The position numbers were made by a program, and so were the translations under genes. 64,000 bases of DNA from Selaginella moellendorffii (lineage: Eukaryota > Plantae > Lycopodiophyta): contig NW_003314280.1 in the NCBI RefSeq assembly GCF_000143415.4, forward strand, positions 124,001-188,000, read 5' to 3'. The number at the start of each line of letters is the position of its first letter. Position 1 is the first letter of the stretch. Positions 11,860-24,104 of the stretch are shown in pieces. The notes beneath the pieces are model-generated. The model saw nothing but the letters and a program-made list of their open reading frames with translations, was not told the origin of the DNA and did no database searches.

Positions 11860-12789
11860 TTCATTGGATCACCAATGAAAGGCATGTCAAGATTGTAAAC
11901 ATCTATCACTTTGGCTTCCCATTGACACAACTTTGTAATCTCTAGAGACAAACCAAATATTCTTTCGGCTGCTTGCTGAGCAGAACATTAAGTTGTAGTT
12001 ATCTGCATGAGTAGAGTACGTTATAATCCATGAGTTTTTGTCACGAACATGCCTCAACAATCCACACACAGTGGGCCTGTAGATTTGATTGGAGTGTATG
12101 AAGCAATGTGACCCATGCAATGCAATTATATATGTCTCTTTCTAGGAAAGATCTTGTGCCAATAAAACAAGTGATGATCTGCTACAAGCTCTCATAATCA
12201 TCTTGTTGTTGTCTATGACGAGCACAAGGTGAAGACTCACTGGTAATATTGGTGATGGTAATGGATCCCATCAATCATCCACTGGATTGTACACCTCGGC
12301 TATCGGATGCATCCCTGCATAAATGCCGCCCACTACGTAGAGTCGGCCATCCATAACAGCAGATGCAAACAACTTTCAAGGACGTAGCTTATGCTAAGGA
12401 ACTCCATCCATTTGTGTGTAGTTCAAAGACACTCAATGTTGCCATATAGTCCCATCCACCAATAAGATAGAGCTTGCTGCCGAGAGCTTGACACACAAAT
12501 CCTCCCATGTGTTCTAATGTGGAATAATCATCCACTCTTTCTAGGTATTGTTGGGATTGAACGCCATGATCAAGATCTCTTTCCCATCATTGAGATACAC
12601 TGTTACCATGAGTATGCCTTCATTCAATCCCTGCATAGAATGATTGTTGTAAAACTTGGCACTGGAGATGAGATTCCTCCATGCTCTGCTCACTTTATGC
12701 ATCTGCCCATGGGCTGATAGTGGCATTTGCAAGAGGCACTGGTACGCAGCATCATCATCTAATCCGGGAATCAGCACTGTTGTTGCCAT
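11860..12789 (-). pseudogene. F-box/Kelch-repeat protein pseudogene
   Basis: LIPGLDDDAAYQCLLQMP...VSRAWRNLI (F-box); Kelch repeats KLYLIGG and DGRLYVVGG...AEVYNPVDD; stops and frameshifts. Confidence 0.85.
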
Positions 12790-13369
12790 GGGTTGAGGGA
12801 CCTATTTCCACATTTCATGGATCAATTTGTGCCCTATTAACCTCAAAGGAAAGCCACAACTGATTGTTGCCCTAGCTTTCTTGGTGTTGATTTGCTCCTG
12901 ACCATGACAACCTTCCTCTCACTCTTGCAGTTCCTAGCACCGCCTATCTCTTACGCCCCAACACCAAGAAAAACCGCCTACCTGGTGGATGCCCTCTTTT
13001 CCTTGGCACCAACTTTATTCTCTTAGCTACATAAACCCTACTCACACAATCCAATCTGTAGCTAGAGTGGTGCATCATTTCTTTTGTGCAGTTGCATACT
13101 GACTAATGGATCTATGAAAGCGAAGGCTATGTTTCCGACCCATATGTTGGTGGGTCTGCATCCGTGTTCTCTCTCATACGAATCCCAATCTTCCATACAA
13201 GTATGCTCACATTTTAAATTTTTTCTTTTCTTTTTTTTCTTTGCATGATGCTCATGCTCGTATTGTCAACCATCCAGAGCTCTAATCATCACCAATTGTG
13301 AAGTCGTCAGTGGGCACTGGAACATGAGGTTGGTAGTGAATCATCATCATCTGTTAGAAGACCCATTGC

Positions 13370-14970
13370 GATGAAAAGACAAAGTTTCTTTTGGCACCAG
13401 TTAAGTCGGCTGCTCAGATCATTCAAAGAGGAGCACAGAAGGTAGCTCTGTCTTGTGATGCCATGTGGGTTTCATTGAATTTCTTGTGACATGAATGCTA
13501 GAGCTGCATCAGCTGCCAGGATGTACATGCTAGAATCATGCCTCCAGGTCTGTAAGTTCAACGTTATTACATAAATGACACAGCAGAAGTTACCTTCTCC
13601 TGCACCGAATCATGAGCATTCCAGTGCTTGTAAACTTCACTTACACGATAAACCATTGCCAAAGTCGTGGTAGAAATCTCTGGCGAGTCATCTCCAATTC
13701 CAAGTGGAAGCAATGGCAAGAGCAGTGGTAGGTCGTCTGACTCTTTGTTTCAGTGATTGGGCATATTTCATCTGGCTCATACTAAGCCATTGAGCAACAT
13801 ATGCAAAAAAGCCCGCAAACAAAAGACTTAAACCTCAGAGAGAGACACAAATGGCTTATTTACCTTTCTCACTGTACTGGAATGATCAAATGAAACCGCT
13901 TTGATGCCTGAAGCAACATGTTGGGCAACCATACCAGCTGGCAACCTGCATAAAACAATGTTATTGAGTGCGGATACAACTGCATATCTCACTTGTAGAA
14001 AAAACATCAGTTATTCATCTTTTTTTTTTTTTTTTGCAGACATCTCTACAAACCCGTGAGTGAGCATGAAAAATGTTCAGAAGTAGTGTGTTCAGTATAG
14101 CATTTGCATTCTCACCTATAACATCAGGTGCATGACTGGATAATCTAGACAGCAGTGCACAAGAAGCTTTTTTAATTTCGTGAAAAGAATCCGACAACAT
14201 CACACAGATTGCCTACAAAGGCAGCCAATTACAACACGAAAGTGAAAGAACACTAATGCTGACACTTGTTATGTGCTCAGAGAACTCACAAACGCTCTCC
14301 ACTGAGCATTGACAAATTATAGCATTGAGCAAGTTGATTAAACTCAGATGTATCTCTTCGGAATGTTAAAAAACTGGAAGCTGCCCTGCCACTAAGTTTT
14401 CCAGATTAAAAAAAAGGGAAAAATCAGCACAGGACGTGATTACAAGTCTGCTCAGCTATTGTGGGAACTATCAAAAATATTGTTTGCTCCACCTAGATCA
14501 AAAACTTCAGTACAAAAATTTTGGATTTTTAAAAAACAAACCTCTACTAAAAGCTTTACAACTCTAGAAATCATGTTCATGGCAGCTTCTCGACACCTCT
14601 CCACGGGGTTGTGAAGTATTTTTTACAACCAGCTTCAGTATCATATCGTCTCAAACAATTTAAAACACCAACAAAAGATTTTTTGCTTTGGGAGATAAAA
14701 AAGAGGATAGAAAAAATAGCTAGAGCATAGTTGGAGAATAAGCTTCAGTAACAAGAAGCTTGTCAAGGCACTCCAATGACTTTTGCCTTGTGTTCGATCT
14801 GTGTCAGAGAGGCAGTTTAAATCTCACTCGATCGTCTGGAAGTATGAAAATCCATCACTGGAGCTCAATTACATGGTGCGATTCAATGTGATCACTTACC
14901 TGGACGAATTCCATGGCAGCTATGGCTTGATCGACTGCATTCGAGGGAGCATTATCGGCATCTGTCCAAA
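13370..14970 (-). pseudogene. HEAT-repeat dynein axonemal assembly factor (DNAAF5/HEATR2-like), degenerate 5' part with introns
   Basis: Exon translations RDLNCLSDTDRT, LHNPVERCREAA, SEEIHLSL, LSDSFHEIKKASC...HAHSRV, VSFDHSSTVR, LLGIGDDSPEIS, in the order of the DNAAF5 N-terminal half; frameshifts present. Confidence 0.7.
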
Positions 14971-15069
14971 ATCCCTGCTAGGTGGGCTTAGGGCAACAAA
15001 AATTTAAAGGAACCTCATGACATGCAGCCATGGTGAAATGCCGAAAATACATAAGCTCTCCTGGAAAAT

Positions 15070-15102
<33 letters not shown>
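15070..15102 (+). repeat. Compound (TG)n(AG)n microsatellite
   Basis: tgtgtgtgtgtgtgagagagagagagagagaga. Confidence 0.95.
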
Positions 15103-18100
15103 AAGAATGCACTCAGATTTGTATGTTGCCTTTTCTTGTTCTTCAACACCCTGCTGCTTTTCCTAGCTCTTGTTAGCCCTAAAAGCCACAATTCACTAGT
15201 TGAAAAGTTATGACCTTCCACAATTATATCTCAGCCGTTAGATCTTGGCATATGCCCAAAATAAGCGTCTTCAGCATATACCATTATTATATTGGCTCTT
15301 TTGTTTAAATATATGAGTATTAGCTGGGGAGATAGTACACCAAAGCATAATGGATTAGTTAAGCTACAAATTTTATTACATTCATGAATAAATTTGTGGG
15401 GACACTAAATGGCATTAGAGAGAATATATGTTAGATCTAAGAAATGCTTAATAGTTTGTAGCAACAAACTGTTATGGATCAAAGATGAAACATTAGTTAT
15501 AAACACAATAACAGATTCATTCTTTAAAAGCAAGTTATATGGTGAATATGAACCATTAGATTACAGCAAAGAATAGTCATATATGGGAAAGAATAAGTTT
15601 TTGTTATTGGTTGGTTTGATTTTTTAAGTTATATTTTATTTTCTGATTAAAATTTTAAAGATTATAGTTTTTGACATAATAGGTAATGATGAAATGGTTT
15701 GTTTTTTCAAATATATAAAGCTGCAGAATTTACTATTTTAAAATAAGACTTTGACTGTGTATATATGTTGGACTTATATATATTTATTCTTTAAATGCTT
15801 TTGAGAACCATGTGTTTCCTTTTGGATTAGCCACTAGGTTATAGCTGTATGAAAAGCTTTTCTCTTAGAGCATATGTTTGCAATGATTAACATGGTTATG
15901 ATGGAAAGATAATGCCATGAGGGATTCTAATGGCATGGAGTGTCCCATTTTCAAGCTACATCAAGAGCATTTAACTTCATGAATTTGGGAAGTTGTTGTG
16001 TTAATCACAGATGTTATGCCTTTCAATAAAATTAATATTAGCATAGAAAAAGTGTTATTTAGGGTTTACTTATTTATCTTCATCCTCAAAACAGTCTCAA
16101 AGAAATTAAAATGAAAAGATTGAAGATTGTTTATTAAAGGTTGAGATTGACATCTTTTAAAGGTGCTTTGATTAATTGATAAATAAAAGCTTTATTCTTT
16201 TCTTAATAAATTTATAAAATTTTAAAAAATTTACAAAGGATTATCGTTGTTTTATGCCTATAATATTATTTACTATTATTAGCATATTAACTATTGAATA
16301 CTAGGGTTGGGCTAATCAAATACACTTCTATATTCTATGCATCTAGGGGTGAGGAGCAATTTTGGTTCTCCCTAAAAGGTGTTTAAATTTGTGTGTTTGG
16401 TTTAGCTTTTGCATTGTTTAGATTATTCTTGTAGCTTTTCCATTTCTTCTCTTTTGCTTTTCTTATTTTTATTCATCTTTATGGCAGAATAGAATACTCA
16501 TCCTTTGTAGAAGCATCTTCTTCATTTGACTCTAGAATAACAATTGATTTAATTATTTGATGCTATATGGTTGCAATTGAATAATGAAACTTAATTGATG
16601 GTAATATTCATGGTGTATGGTGCAACTTCTCTTGCCTTTAATGCCAATCCTCATGTTTGGGTAAATTTCTTCAATGGGAATCTTGAGGATGATGCATACA
16701 GTTAGTTTGATCACTTTATGGTAACTGATGATGTGGGGCTTTGATATGGGTTTCCCACATGTCTCAAGAGATAATAATGTAATAGTACAAGAGTTTAAGT
16801 GCAACCACTCATATAAATTGGAGCTTTCTTCCTAACATGTAGAGCCAATATTTTAGAGTAGATCAAGTTGGGAATGCTGTGCTTAGTACTTTGTCAAGAT
16901 TTTATGAGACTTTTATATAAGATAACTACTTTGAAAATTAAATGATGAAGAGACAAAATTTTTGAGAAAGAAAAATTTAGAATAAGAAGAAAGAAATTTT
17001 ATAGAAATAAAATTTTAAAATTTTAAAAGGACTGACCTATAATAACTTCTAATTAAAAGTGATTTAGGTTGAAAATTAGTACAACAACTCCAAAATTAAA
17101 TATCTAGATTGTAAGCTATAAACTATGGTTCATTAGGATTATAATTAGGTAATATCATGCTACAACTTATGATTTCAAAATCTCTAAGAAACTTTGAAAC
17201 TTTGAAAAAGTTTCTGCAAGATTGTCTCTTGCCAAAGGATTTTAAATCATATATAGCTAAAAATCAAGAAAATTTTAATTTTAAAATAAAATTGCTATTA
17301 GATTATTAAGCAATACTTACTATTCAGCAATTATCTAAAGGAGAATATTATTATAAACAAACTTAGATTATAAGAAATATTAAATTTTTTTTATAAACCT
17401 AGTCTAGCACATTACTATTTATGTAATATTACTTTAATATGTTTTTCATGGTACTATATTTAATATAATATAATAATATTATCAAAATATAATAGAATTT
17501 AAGGTTATTTTAATTTATGTTATTTTAAAATAATATGTATTGTGTTTCAAGATTATTGTTTGTAAATAAAGTGTTATTATTGATTTTTATCCTCTTTAAG
17601 TCTTCATTTTCTAAATTTGATTGTTGATATTTTGATTATAAAGAACATAAAAAAAAATTAAACTTAGATCTAACATACAAGAATAATATAATGAAATGTC
17701 ATATATTTTTAAGTATAACCTAATATAATTATCAAAATATAATAAAAACTATAAAAAATATTTCTTAAATGAGTTTTTTAAAAAAGCTTACAATTCACAT
17801 ATATTTATATAGCTTTGATTTACATTAATTTTAAGTTTGATAGTTTTTGAGGATTTTAATAAGTGAGAATAATTTTCTTAAGTCTTCAAGAATAGATTTT
17901 TCTACAAAAATAATAATATTTTAAAGATATTCTTAATAATTACATGTTTGGATTATATATACATCACCAAAGATTTCCCTAGATAGCAAAATTGAAATTT
18001 ACTTTTTGATATAAATAGTAATATGTTTTTCATAAGATTAGCAACCTTCCTTATTCCTTCTTTCTTCAAATACCAAATCCGTTATATAGTTTTTCTCTAA

Positions 18101-18485
18101 CATCCTTATTTAGGCCAACTATCAATGTCTTATTTTTTCAATATTCAAAATTCACTATTCTGTAATAGCTTACTACAGGTCTCATCTTCTCTCATTTGCA
18201 ATAATGTGTTAGCTTGGACTATTGAAATAGGAGATTGTGACTGTAGGATACCATTATTTGAACGAACTTACGATGTTAGTTTTTGTAGCAGTGGATTGTA
18301 ACACATTTGCTAAAGACCATTTGATAATAAGATTGAAATGGTGACCTTTGACCTAAGATTGACAGATTGAGTTTGGTGGCCCGAACTCATGTTTCTATGC
18401 TCCCTAACATCATAAGCCATTCTAAGGAAGCTTCTGAATCTAGTGTCAAGCAATGCAACTGATGTTAGATCTCCTTAGATATCCT

Positions 18486-19279
18486 NNNNNNNNNNNNNNN
18501 NNNNNNNNNNNNNNNNNNNNNNNNNNNNNNNNNNNNNNNNNNNNNNNNNNNNNNNNNNNNNNNNNNNNNNNNNNNNNNNNNNNNNNNNNNNNNNNNNNNN
18601 NNNNNNNNNNNNNNNNNNNNNNNNNNNNNNNNNNNNNNNNNNNNNNNNNNNNNNNNNNNNNNNNNNNNNNNNNNNNNNNNNNNNNNNNNNNNNNNNNNNN
18701 NNNNNNNNNNNNNNNNNNNNNNNNNNNNNNNNNNNNNNNNNNNNNNNNNNNNNNNNNNNNNNNNNNNNNNNNNNNNNNNNNNNNNNNNNNNNNNNNNNNN
18801 NNNNNNNNNNNNNNNNNNNNNNNNNNNNNNNNNNNNNNNNNNNNNNNNNNNNNNNNNNNNNNNNNNNNNNNNNNNNNNNNNNNNNNNNNNNNNNNNNNNN
18901 NNNNNNNNNNNNNNNNNNNNNNNNNNNNNNNNNNNNNNNNNNNNNNNNNNNNNNNNNNNNNNNNNNNNNNNNNNNNNNNNNNNNNNNNNNNNNNNNNNNN
19001 NNNNNNNNNNNNNNNNNNNNNNNNNNNNNNNNNNNNNNNNNNNNNNNNNNNNNNNNNNNNNNNNNNNNNNNNNNNNNNNNNNNNNNNNNNNNNNNNNNNN
19101 NNNNNNNNNNNNNNNNNNNNNNNNNNNNNNNNNNNNNNNNNNNNNNNNNNNNNNNNNNNNNNNNNNNNNNNNNNNNNNNNNNNNNNNNNNNNNNNNNNNN
19201 NNNNNNNNNNNNNNNNNNNNNNNNNNNNNNNNNNNNNNNNNNNNNNNNNNNNNNNNNNNNNNNNNNNNNNNNNNNNNNN
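18486..19279. other. Assembly gap (794 N)
   Basis: Run of N. Confidence 1.
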
Positions 19280-19352
19280 TAGTCAAGCAAAGCCACAATG
19301 GCTACAACAGGCAATAAGTGAACTATTTATTAGAGCAAGAAAATATCATACT

Positions 19353-19530
19353 TGTAGCATATCTGATCTCTCTCCCTTTAACCCAACTAGAAAAGGGGCA
19401 ATTGCTTAATGAGAGAGCCCTTAATGGCTATTTTATCCCCATTTATCCCCTAAGGTTCGAAGGATCCATAGTAATAGTATATCTAAATCTTATCCCATGA
19501 TCACATGCACTACACACACCCCCCCCCCCT
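19353..19530 (-). mobile_element. Short LTR (~160 bp, TGTAG...CTACA) with an adjacent polypurine tract
   Basis: tgtagc at 19353, actaca ending at 19514, then cacaccccccccccc (a G-run on the - strand). Confidence 0.55.
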
Positions 19531-21210
19531 TCAGAGATGTCAATGTCCTCATTGACTATTGACTAATAACCCTTACTAAGCCAAAGGGAACCAACAGCTC
19601 CATTTCCACACTGAATCTACCAATCCTTCCATTGTGTAGACTAGCTATTCCATGTGAGGCAACTAATCATCCACCCGTACCACAGTCCTACGGTAGATAC
19701 CTTCGTCTGTGGATACTTCACACAAGAGGAAGAAGTGGAAAAAGAAAGAAAAGAGGTAAGTGTGAAGTTTGAAGATAGGGAGGAAAACTTGATGGGAAAC
19801 TCTATAAGCAAATTAAACCCTGATGTAAAAGAAAAAGTGCAAAAAAATGTGAAAAGAGAAGAAAAATAGAGGAAAAAGAGTGAGTACCCAAAAAACTTAA
19901 CCCATACTTGGATTTCAACTTAGAAAAGTGTAATATGCAAATGTAACCTTATAATGACTTCAGATGGATTGGCCAAAATCAAGAAAGAAAGAGAGGTAGA
20001 AGAGGGGATGCATTGCCTAAGTTTGGTTGGAGTAGAAATAATAAAGGATGGAGTGATATGGTGGAGTGCCCAAATGGTGGTGGCACTTTGAGAAGGTGGC
20101 CATCTCTAAAAGTGTTAAGCCTCTGGTTTAATATGTCAGACTAAAGAAAACAGCAGCTAAAAAGGATGGCATAGTCTTTGGATTGCCAGTAAAGAGAGGT
20201 GGCATGTGTCCACTGAGTGCTGGAGTAGGAGAAAGTGGCTTCGGCTTTTGTGGCATTGCCTAAAAATCCACCTAGGAGCCTTGAGTGAATAGATTCACCT
20301 ATTTACAAGAAGGTTGCTCTAGAAAAGCTAGCACCTTGTCGGTAAATGGTTATAATGATATCTCGAAAATAGCACATCCAAATGAGGTGTCTTCTACTGT
20401 TGGTGCATGTACAAGTGTCTGTGGTATGGTGTAAATATGACCTCAAACGGAGATGTGGATAATGGTGAAAGACTGAAAGATGCAAGATGGGCATCTAGAG
20501 GTAAGTGTACGCAATGCTACTAGAGTGATTGGTGATGGATTTGTAAGTGTATATTATATAGAGTGTGTGTGGGAAATGTATAGGGTAGAGTAATGGTAAG
20601 GGAAGGGCCAAAGAATTTGGAATATAAACTGAACTAAATGAGGACCCTCCATACAAATGGCAATGTAGCCTAAGCATGAAATCCAAGGCAAGAGCCATGG
20701 TCTAGTGGAGAAACACCCTCTACAAGTAAGAAAAGAAGCCATGAAAGTAAAGTGAAAGAAAAGAAGTAAAAGAAAAAGAAGAGAGGAGGAACACCTCACT
20801 AGATGAAACATTTGATGTGAGAGTGGTTGTGAGCATGTAGGAGCTCACGTCCATCAACATCTACTAGCATGTATGCTCCACCTCCAATGTGGAGCTAGAC
20901 AAAGTAGGGACCAGTCCAGCAAGGAAAGAACTTCGAATGCGGCAAAGGAGAGAACGCTACTATTGGACTTGAGGCCTTTGTCCCTTGCTCTCTGACTGTT
21001 CCAACACCTAAGAAGGTTGGCAAATCACTCCCCTTTTGCAAAACATGGAGCTGGGGTCAACCTAAAGGTGGCTATGCCATAATTTGTAGATCTAAGTCAT
21101 TGGAATTTGCCGAGGATGGAGAAGACTCAGCTTGAGAAAGTGTTGTATCATACTTAAGTTGCCTTGAGATATGGTAAAAGGGTGCCAATTTGCTATAAGC
21201 TCCTGAATTT

Positions 21211-21265
21211 GGACTTCCCGAGAGGTCATCCAACCCAATACTATTCAAACCCAAGGATGCTTAAC
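21211..21265 (-). promoter_or_regulatory. 5S rRNA-derived Pol III internal promoter (A-box/IE/C-box) in the 3' LTR
   Basis: - strand GTTAAGCATCCTTGGGTTTGAATAGTATTGGGTTGGATGACCTCTCGGGAAGTCC versus plant 5S GTTAAGCGTGCTTGGGCGAGAGTAGTACTAGGATGGGTGACCTCCTGGGAAGTCC (recalled consensus); colinear, no gaps. Confidence 0.88.
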
Positions 21266-21404
21266 CCTAAATATCTCAAGACCCTTAACCAATTGGAAAA
21301 AAGGGTGCACTTTTATTCATGGGCTCTTTCCCTCTATATTTGAACCCTATGGATCATCTTTCAAGTCGTTCTCTTTGGTTTCTTATAAACCATCATGCTT
21401 CCCT

Positions 21405-21677
21405 CCAAGTTCACGCCCTTGTGAACAGAAGCTGAGAGCTGCAGTTCTCCCAAGAGCCTCGCTCTCTTGACACCCTACCCCTTGGGTCGAGCCCAACGGG
21501 AGCAAACTAGACCAGCCAAATGTCAATCAATATGTGGGGAATCACCAAGTTCACGCCCTTGTGAACAGAAGCTGAGAGCTGCAGTTCTCCCAAGAGCCTC
21601 GTTCTCTTGACACCCTACCCCTTGGGTCGAGCCCAACGGGAGCAAACTAGACCAACCAAATGTCAATCAATATGTGG
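21405..21677. repeat. Near-identical 140-bp-period tandem duplication inside the TRIM
   Basis: ccaagttcacgcccttgtgaacagaag...caatatgtgg at 21405 and 21545, about 2 mismatches. Confidence 0.95.
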
Positions 21678-21749
21678 TGTGATTCCCCTAGCCAATTAAT
21701 AGAGTCAGATCTGAGACCTCTTTAATACCAAATATAAGCTTTTAAATTT

Positions 21750-21804
21750 GGACTTCCTGAGAGGTCACCCAGCCCAATACTATTCAAACCCAAGGACACT
21801 TAAC
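21750..21804 (-). promoter_or_regulatory. 5S rRNA-derived Pol III internal promoter in the 5' LTR
   Basis: - strand GTTAAGTGTCCTTGGGTTTGAATAGTATTGGGCTGGGTGACCTCTCAGGAAGTCC. Confidence 0.88.
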
Positions 21805-22143
21805 ACCAATTATCCCAAGACTATTAACCAATTGGAAAAGGGGGTGCATTTTTATTCATGGGTCCTTTTCCTCTATATTTAAACCTCATGGATCGTTTTT
21901 CAAGTCATTCTCTTTTGTTGCTTACATTTGCTACATGCCTAATCTATACCGACATCAAATACATTGAATACTGCAAATGTCTGGTCAAAGCAATTGGATT
22001 GATAGAAGTAGTAAGGTTGTAGACGTCTCTAAAGCATAAAAAGAAGAGCCCTTGGCCAAAATAAATGGCCTAGAAGCCTTTACCTTATCCATAAGTTGCT
22101 CAAAGTTGCCCAAGATGCTCGTGACAAAGAGAAACAAGGTTGA

Positions 22144-22622
22144 AAAATGGAAGGAGATGTAGATTTATATAACCGTTGACCTTCAGGGGTAGAGTAACCA
22201 CTAATCTCTTGCAATAACCAGTACCCAATAATTAATAATCGGTAATCGATAATTCTCTGCTCTCACTCCTACTCTAGTGCCTACTCCAACACCAACTCCT
22301 ACTCTTGCACCTACTCTAGTGCCAACTTTTGCACTTGCTCTTGCTCCTGCACCTCCTCCTGCTCCTACTCCTACTCCCTAAAGGTTACTTCTTTCCCAAG
22401 AAACTCTCACCAAAGTTTAGCCCAAAAGAGAAAAATGAGTACGTTGGTCTCAATTTTTTACCATTTTAACTGTAAGGAGGCTTGTTGGAAAAAGTGTAGC
22501 CCCATCTACCACACTACTCCAAGAATTTGTGATGAAAATGCCTTAATATCTTGCAAGATCCAAGAAAATATAATTTAGAACACCAATTTTGTGAAAAAAC
22601 ATCTACATATCACCAATCTGGA
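22144..22622. repeat. ~480-bp direct repeat, copy 1 (copy 2 at ~24559-25041), containing (CTCCTA)n-like low complexity
   Basis: aaatggaaggagatgtag...caccaatct occurs twice with scattered transitions. Confidence 0.9.
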
Positions 22623-22624
22623 TA

Positions 22625-23349
22625 CTTAAAGACCAATGGGATCCTCTTTGCTATAAATGCATTCACATATTTTTGAATGGTTTCTGCTTGCTTTACCCTA
22701 CTCAGCTCATCCCTTAGGTGTAAAGTAGCATTCGGTGGAATATATGTTGTGCGAATCTTCACTTTCATCATTTCCCAAGTGGCCACTAGTCCTTTGTTGG
22801 CCTCTGTTGTTCTCTACCAAGACTTAACATTATCTGCTAAGTATGGTTTTGCACATGGGACCTTTTCCAAGCTCGGTAACTGCAATGCTCGGAAGTAATC
22901 CTCCATATCGTAAAACCAATCCTCCACCATTTTATAGTCATTCACTTAAAGACCGGTGGGGGCTTTGATTTGTACTTGGGAATTGCTTAGGGGACTGATT
23001 CCACTTTGGTTTGTTCAACCTTATTTGGTTCCGCCTCATTCCCTACTAAAGGGTCCATGCATTTTGCACTGCTGGCCTCTTTTTGCTTTTACTTTTGCTT
23101 GTCGTCACACTTTAGTTTGCATACCAAGGTCTCTAGCAAGACATTAGTTTATGCCAATTGTCCTTCTAGAACATTCAATCGAGCTTTGGATGACCGAACT
23201 TCTCCATCAAACTCCTATTTGGAAGATTCCTCACTAGAGTCTTCCTCATGCAAGGATTCCTCATCTATAGCTTTTGGTTCGACTAAAGGCTCCAACTTTG
23301 GAGGAGGTTCCGTCTTCGCCTTGGTTCTCTTATGCCCTGTCTTAGCCAT
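22625..23349 (-). mobile_element. Degenerate Gypsy gag related to the element at 1-1752
   Basis: VEDWFYDMEDYF...KPYLADNVKSW...TWEMMKVKIRTTYIP...LRDELSRVKQ...YVNAFIAKRI parallels LEDWVYDMENYF...YVNAFAQKRI; PBS at 23393-23405. Confidence 0.85.
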
Positions 23350-23392
23350 CTCCTAGCAATCCACCTTTATCCTTCACTAGAATTAAGGAAAA

Positions 23393-24100
23393 GGCTCCAA
23401 TACCAAATTGTAAGTCACAAGTTTTCCCTTTCCAATTTGTTAGTTTACCTTTTCTATCCAACCACCATGGCCTTGCCCTTAGTTAAGTTCACTTGCAAAG
23501 GTTCTTGCCTATTGTATCAGCTCCCACTTGGTCCTATTTAGTCTCAGCAACTCATTATATAAGCAACAGAGCATTAACCATACTATTAGGATCTTATCCC
23601 TTACACCCTAAGCCAACTAGCTAAAGGGGTGATCACTTGATTGCAAAGCCCTTTCTTTATCCTATGATACTGATTAATTAAGTTCCCTCACAAAGGTTCC
23701 TACTTTTGTACCAGCTCTTACTTATTGTACCAGCTCCTATTTGGTCCTATTTAGTCTTAGCAACTCACTACATGACAAACAGAGCATTAGCCATACTATT
23801 AGGATCCTACCCCTTACACCCTCCCTTCGTCAGGGAATGATTGTCCACAATCATACTTAGGCCACCCTTTAGTCACCATGGTCCTTCTCTCAGGGTCTAC
23901 CAAACCTCCCTCTAGATTCACCATATTGAATATTCCTTTAGAATATTCTTGCCCCCACTCGTCAAACAGAAGAATCGAACTAGGCTCTTATACCAATGTT
24001 AAAATGCTATCCCTTACACCCTAAGCCAACTGGCTAAATGGGTGATCACTTGATTGTAGGGTCCTTTCTTTATCCTATTATCCTAACTTGGTGCCTAACA
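23393..24100 (-). mobile_element. Nested or tandem LTR cluster: PBS, LTR (23409-23817), PPT, short internal region, PBS, 104-bp LTR (23997-24100)
   Basis: ggctccaatacca; TGTAAG...CTTACA; ccctcccttc; ggctcttatacca; TGTTA...TAACA. The small LTR sequence recurs at ~23585-23670. Confidence 0.65.
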
Positions 24101-24104
24101 CATA

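Larger units (their letters stand above)
21194..21926 (-). mobile_element. Cassandra-type TRIM (non-autonomous LTR element with 5S rRNA-derived LTR core), complete with a 5-bp TSD
   Basis: 194-bp direct repeats at 21194-21387 and 21733-21926 (TATAAG...CTTATA/CTTACA, from TGTAAG...CTTACA). TSD TTTGC at 21189-21193 and 21927-21931. Degenerate Met PBS at 21718-21730; PPT-like tract at ~21398-21406; no ORF. Each LTR carries a 5S-like 55-mer. Confidence 0.92.

Noticed and set aside
15200-18485. Coding remnants in the very AT-rich stretch
   Set aside because: Short frames at ~15800-16140, 16500-16850 and 18200-18480 look like decayed coding DNA, but no motif could be identified.
18453-19409. Three long ORFs in the track
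   Set aside because: Artefacts of translating the N gap.
21211-21265. Possible genuine 5S rRNA gene
   Set aside because: Only the ~55-nt promoter core matches, it sits in LTRs, and the 5S 5' half is absent.
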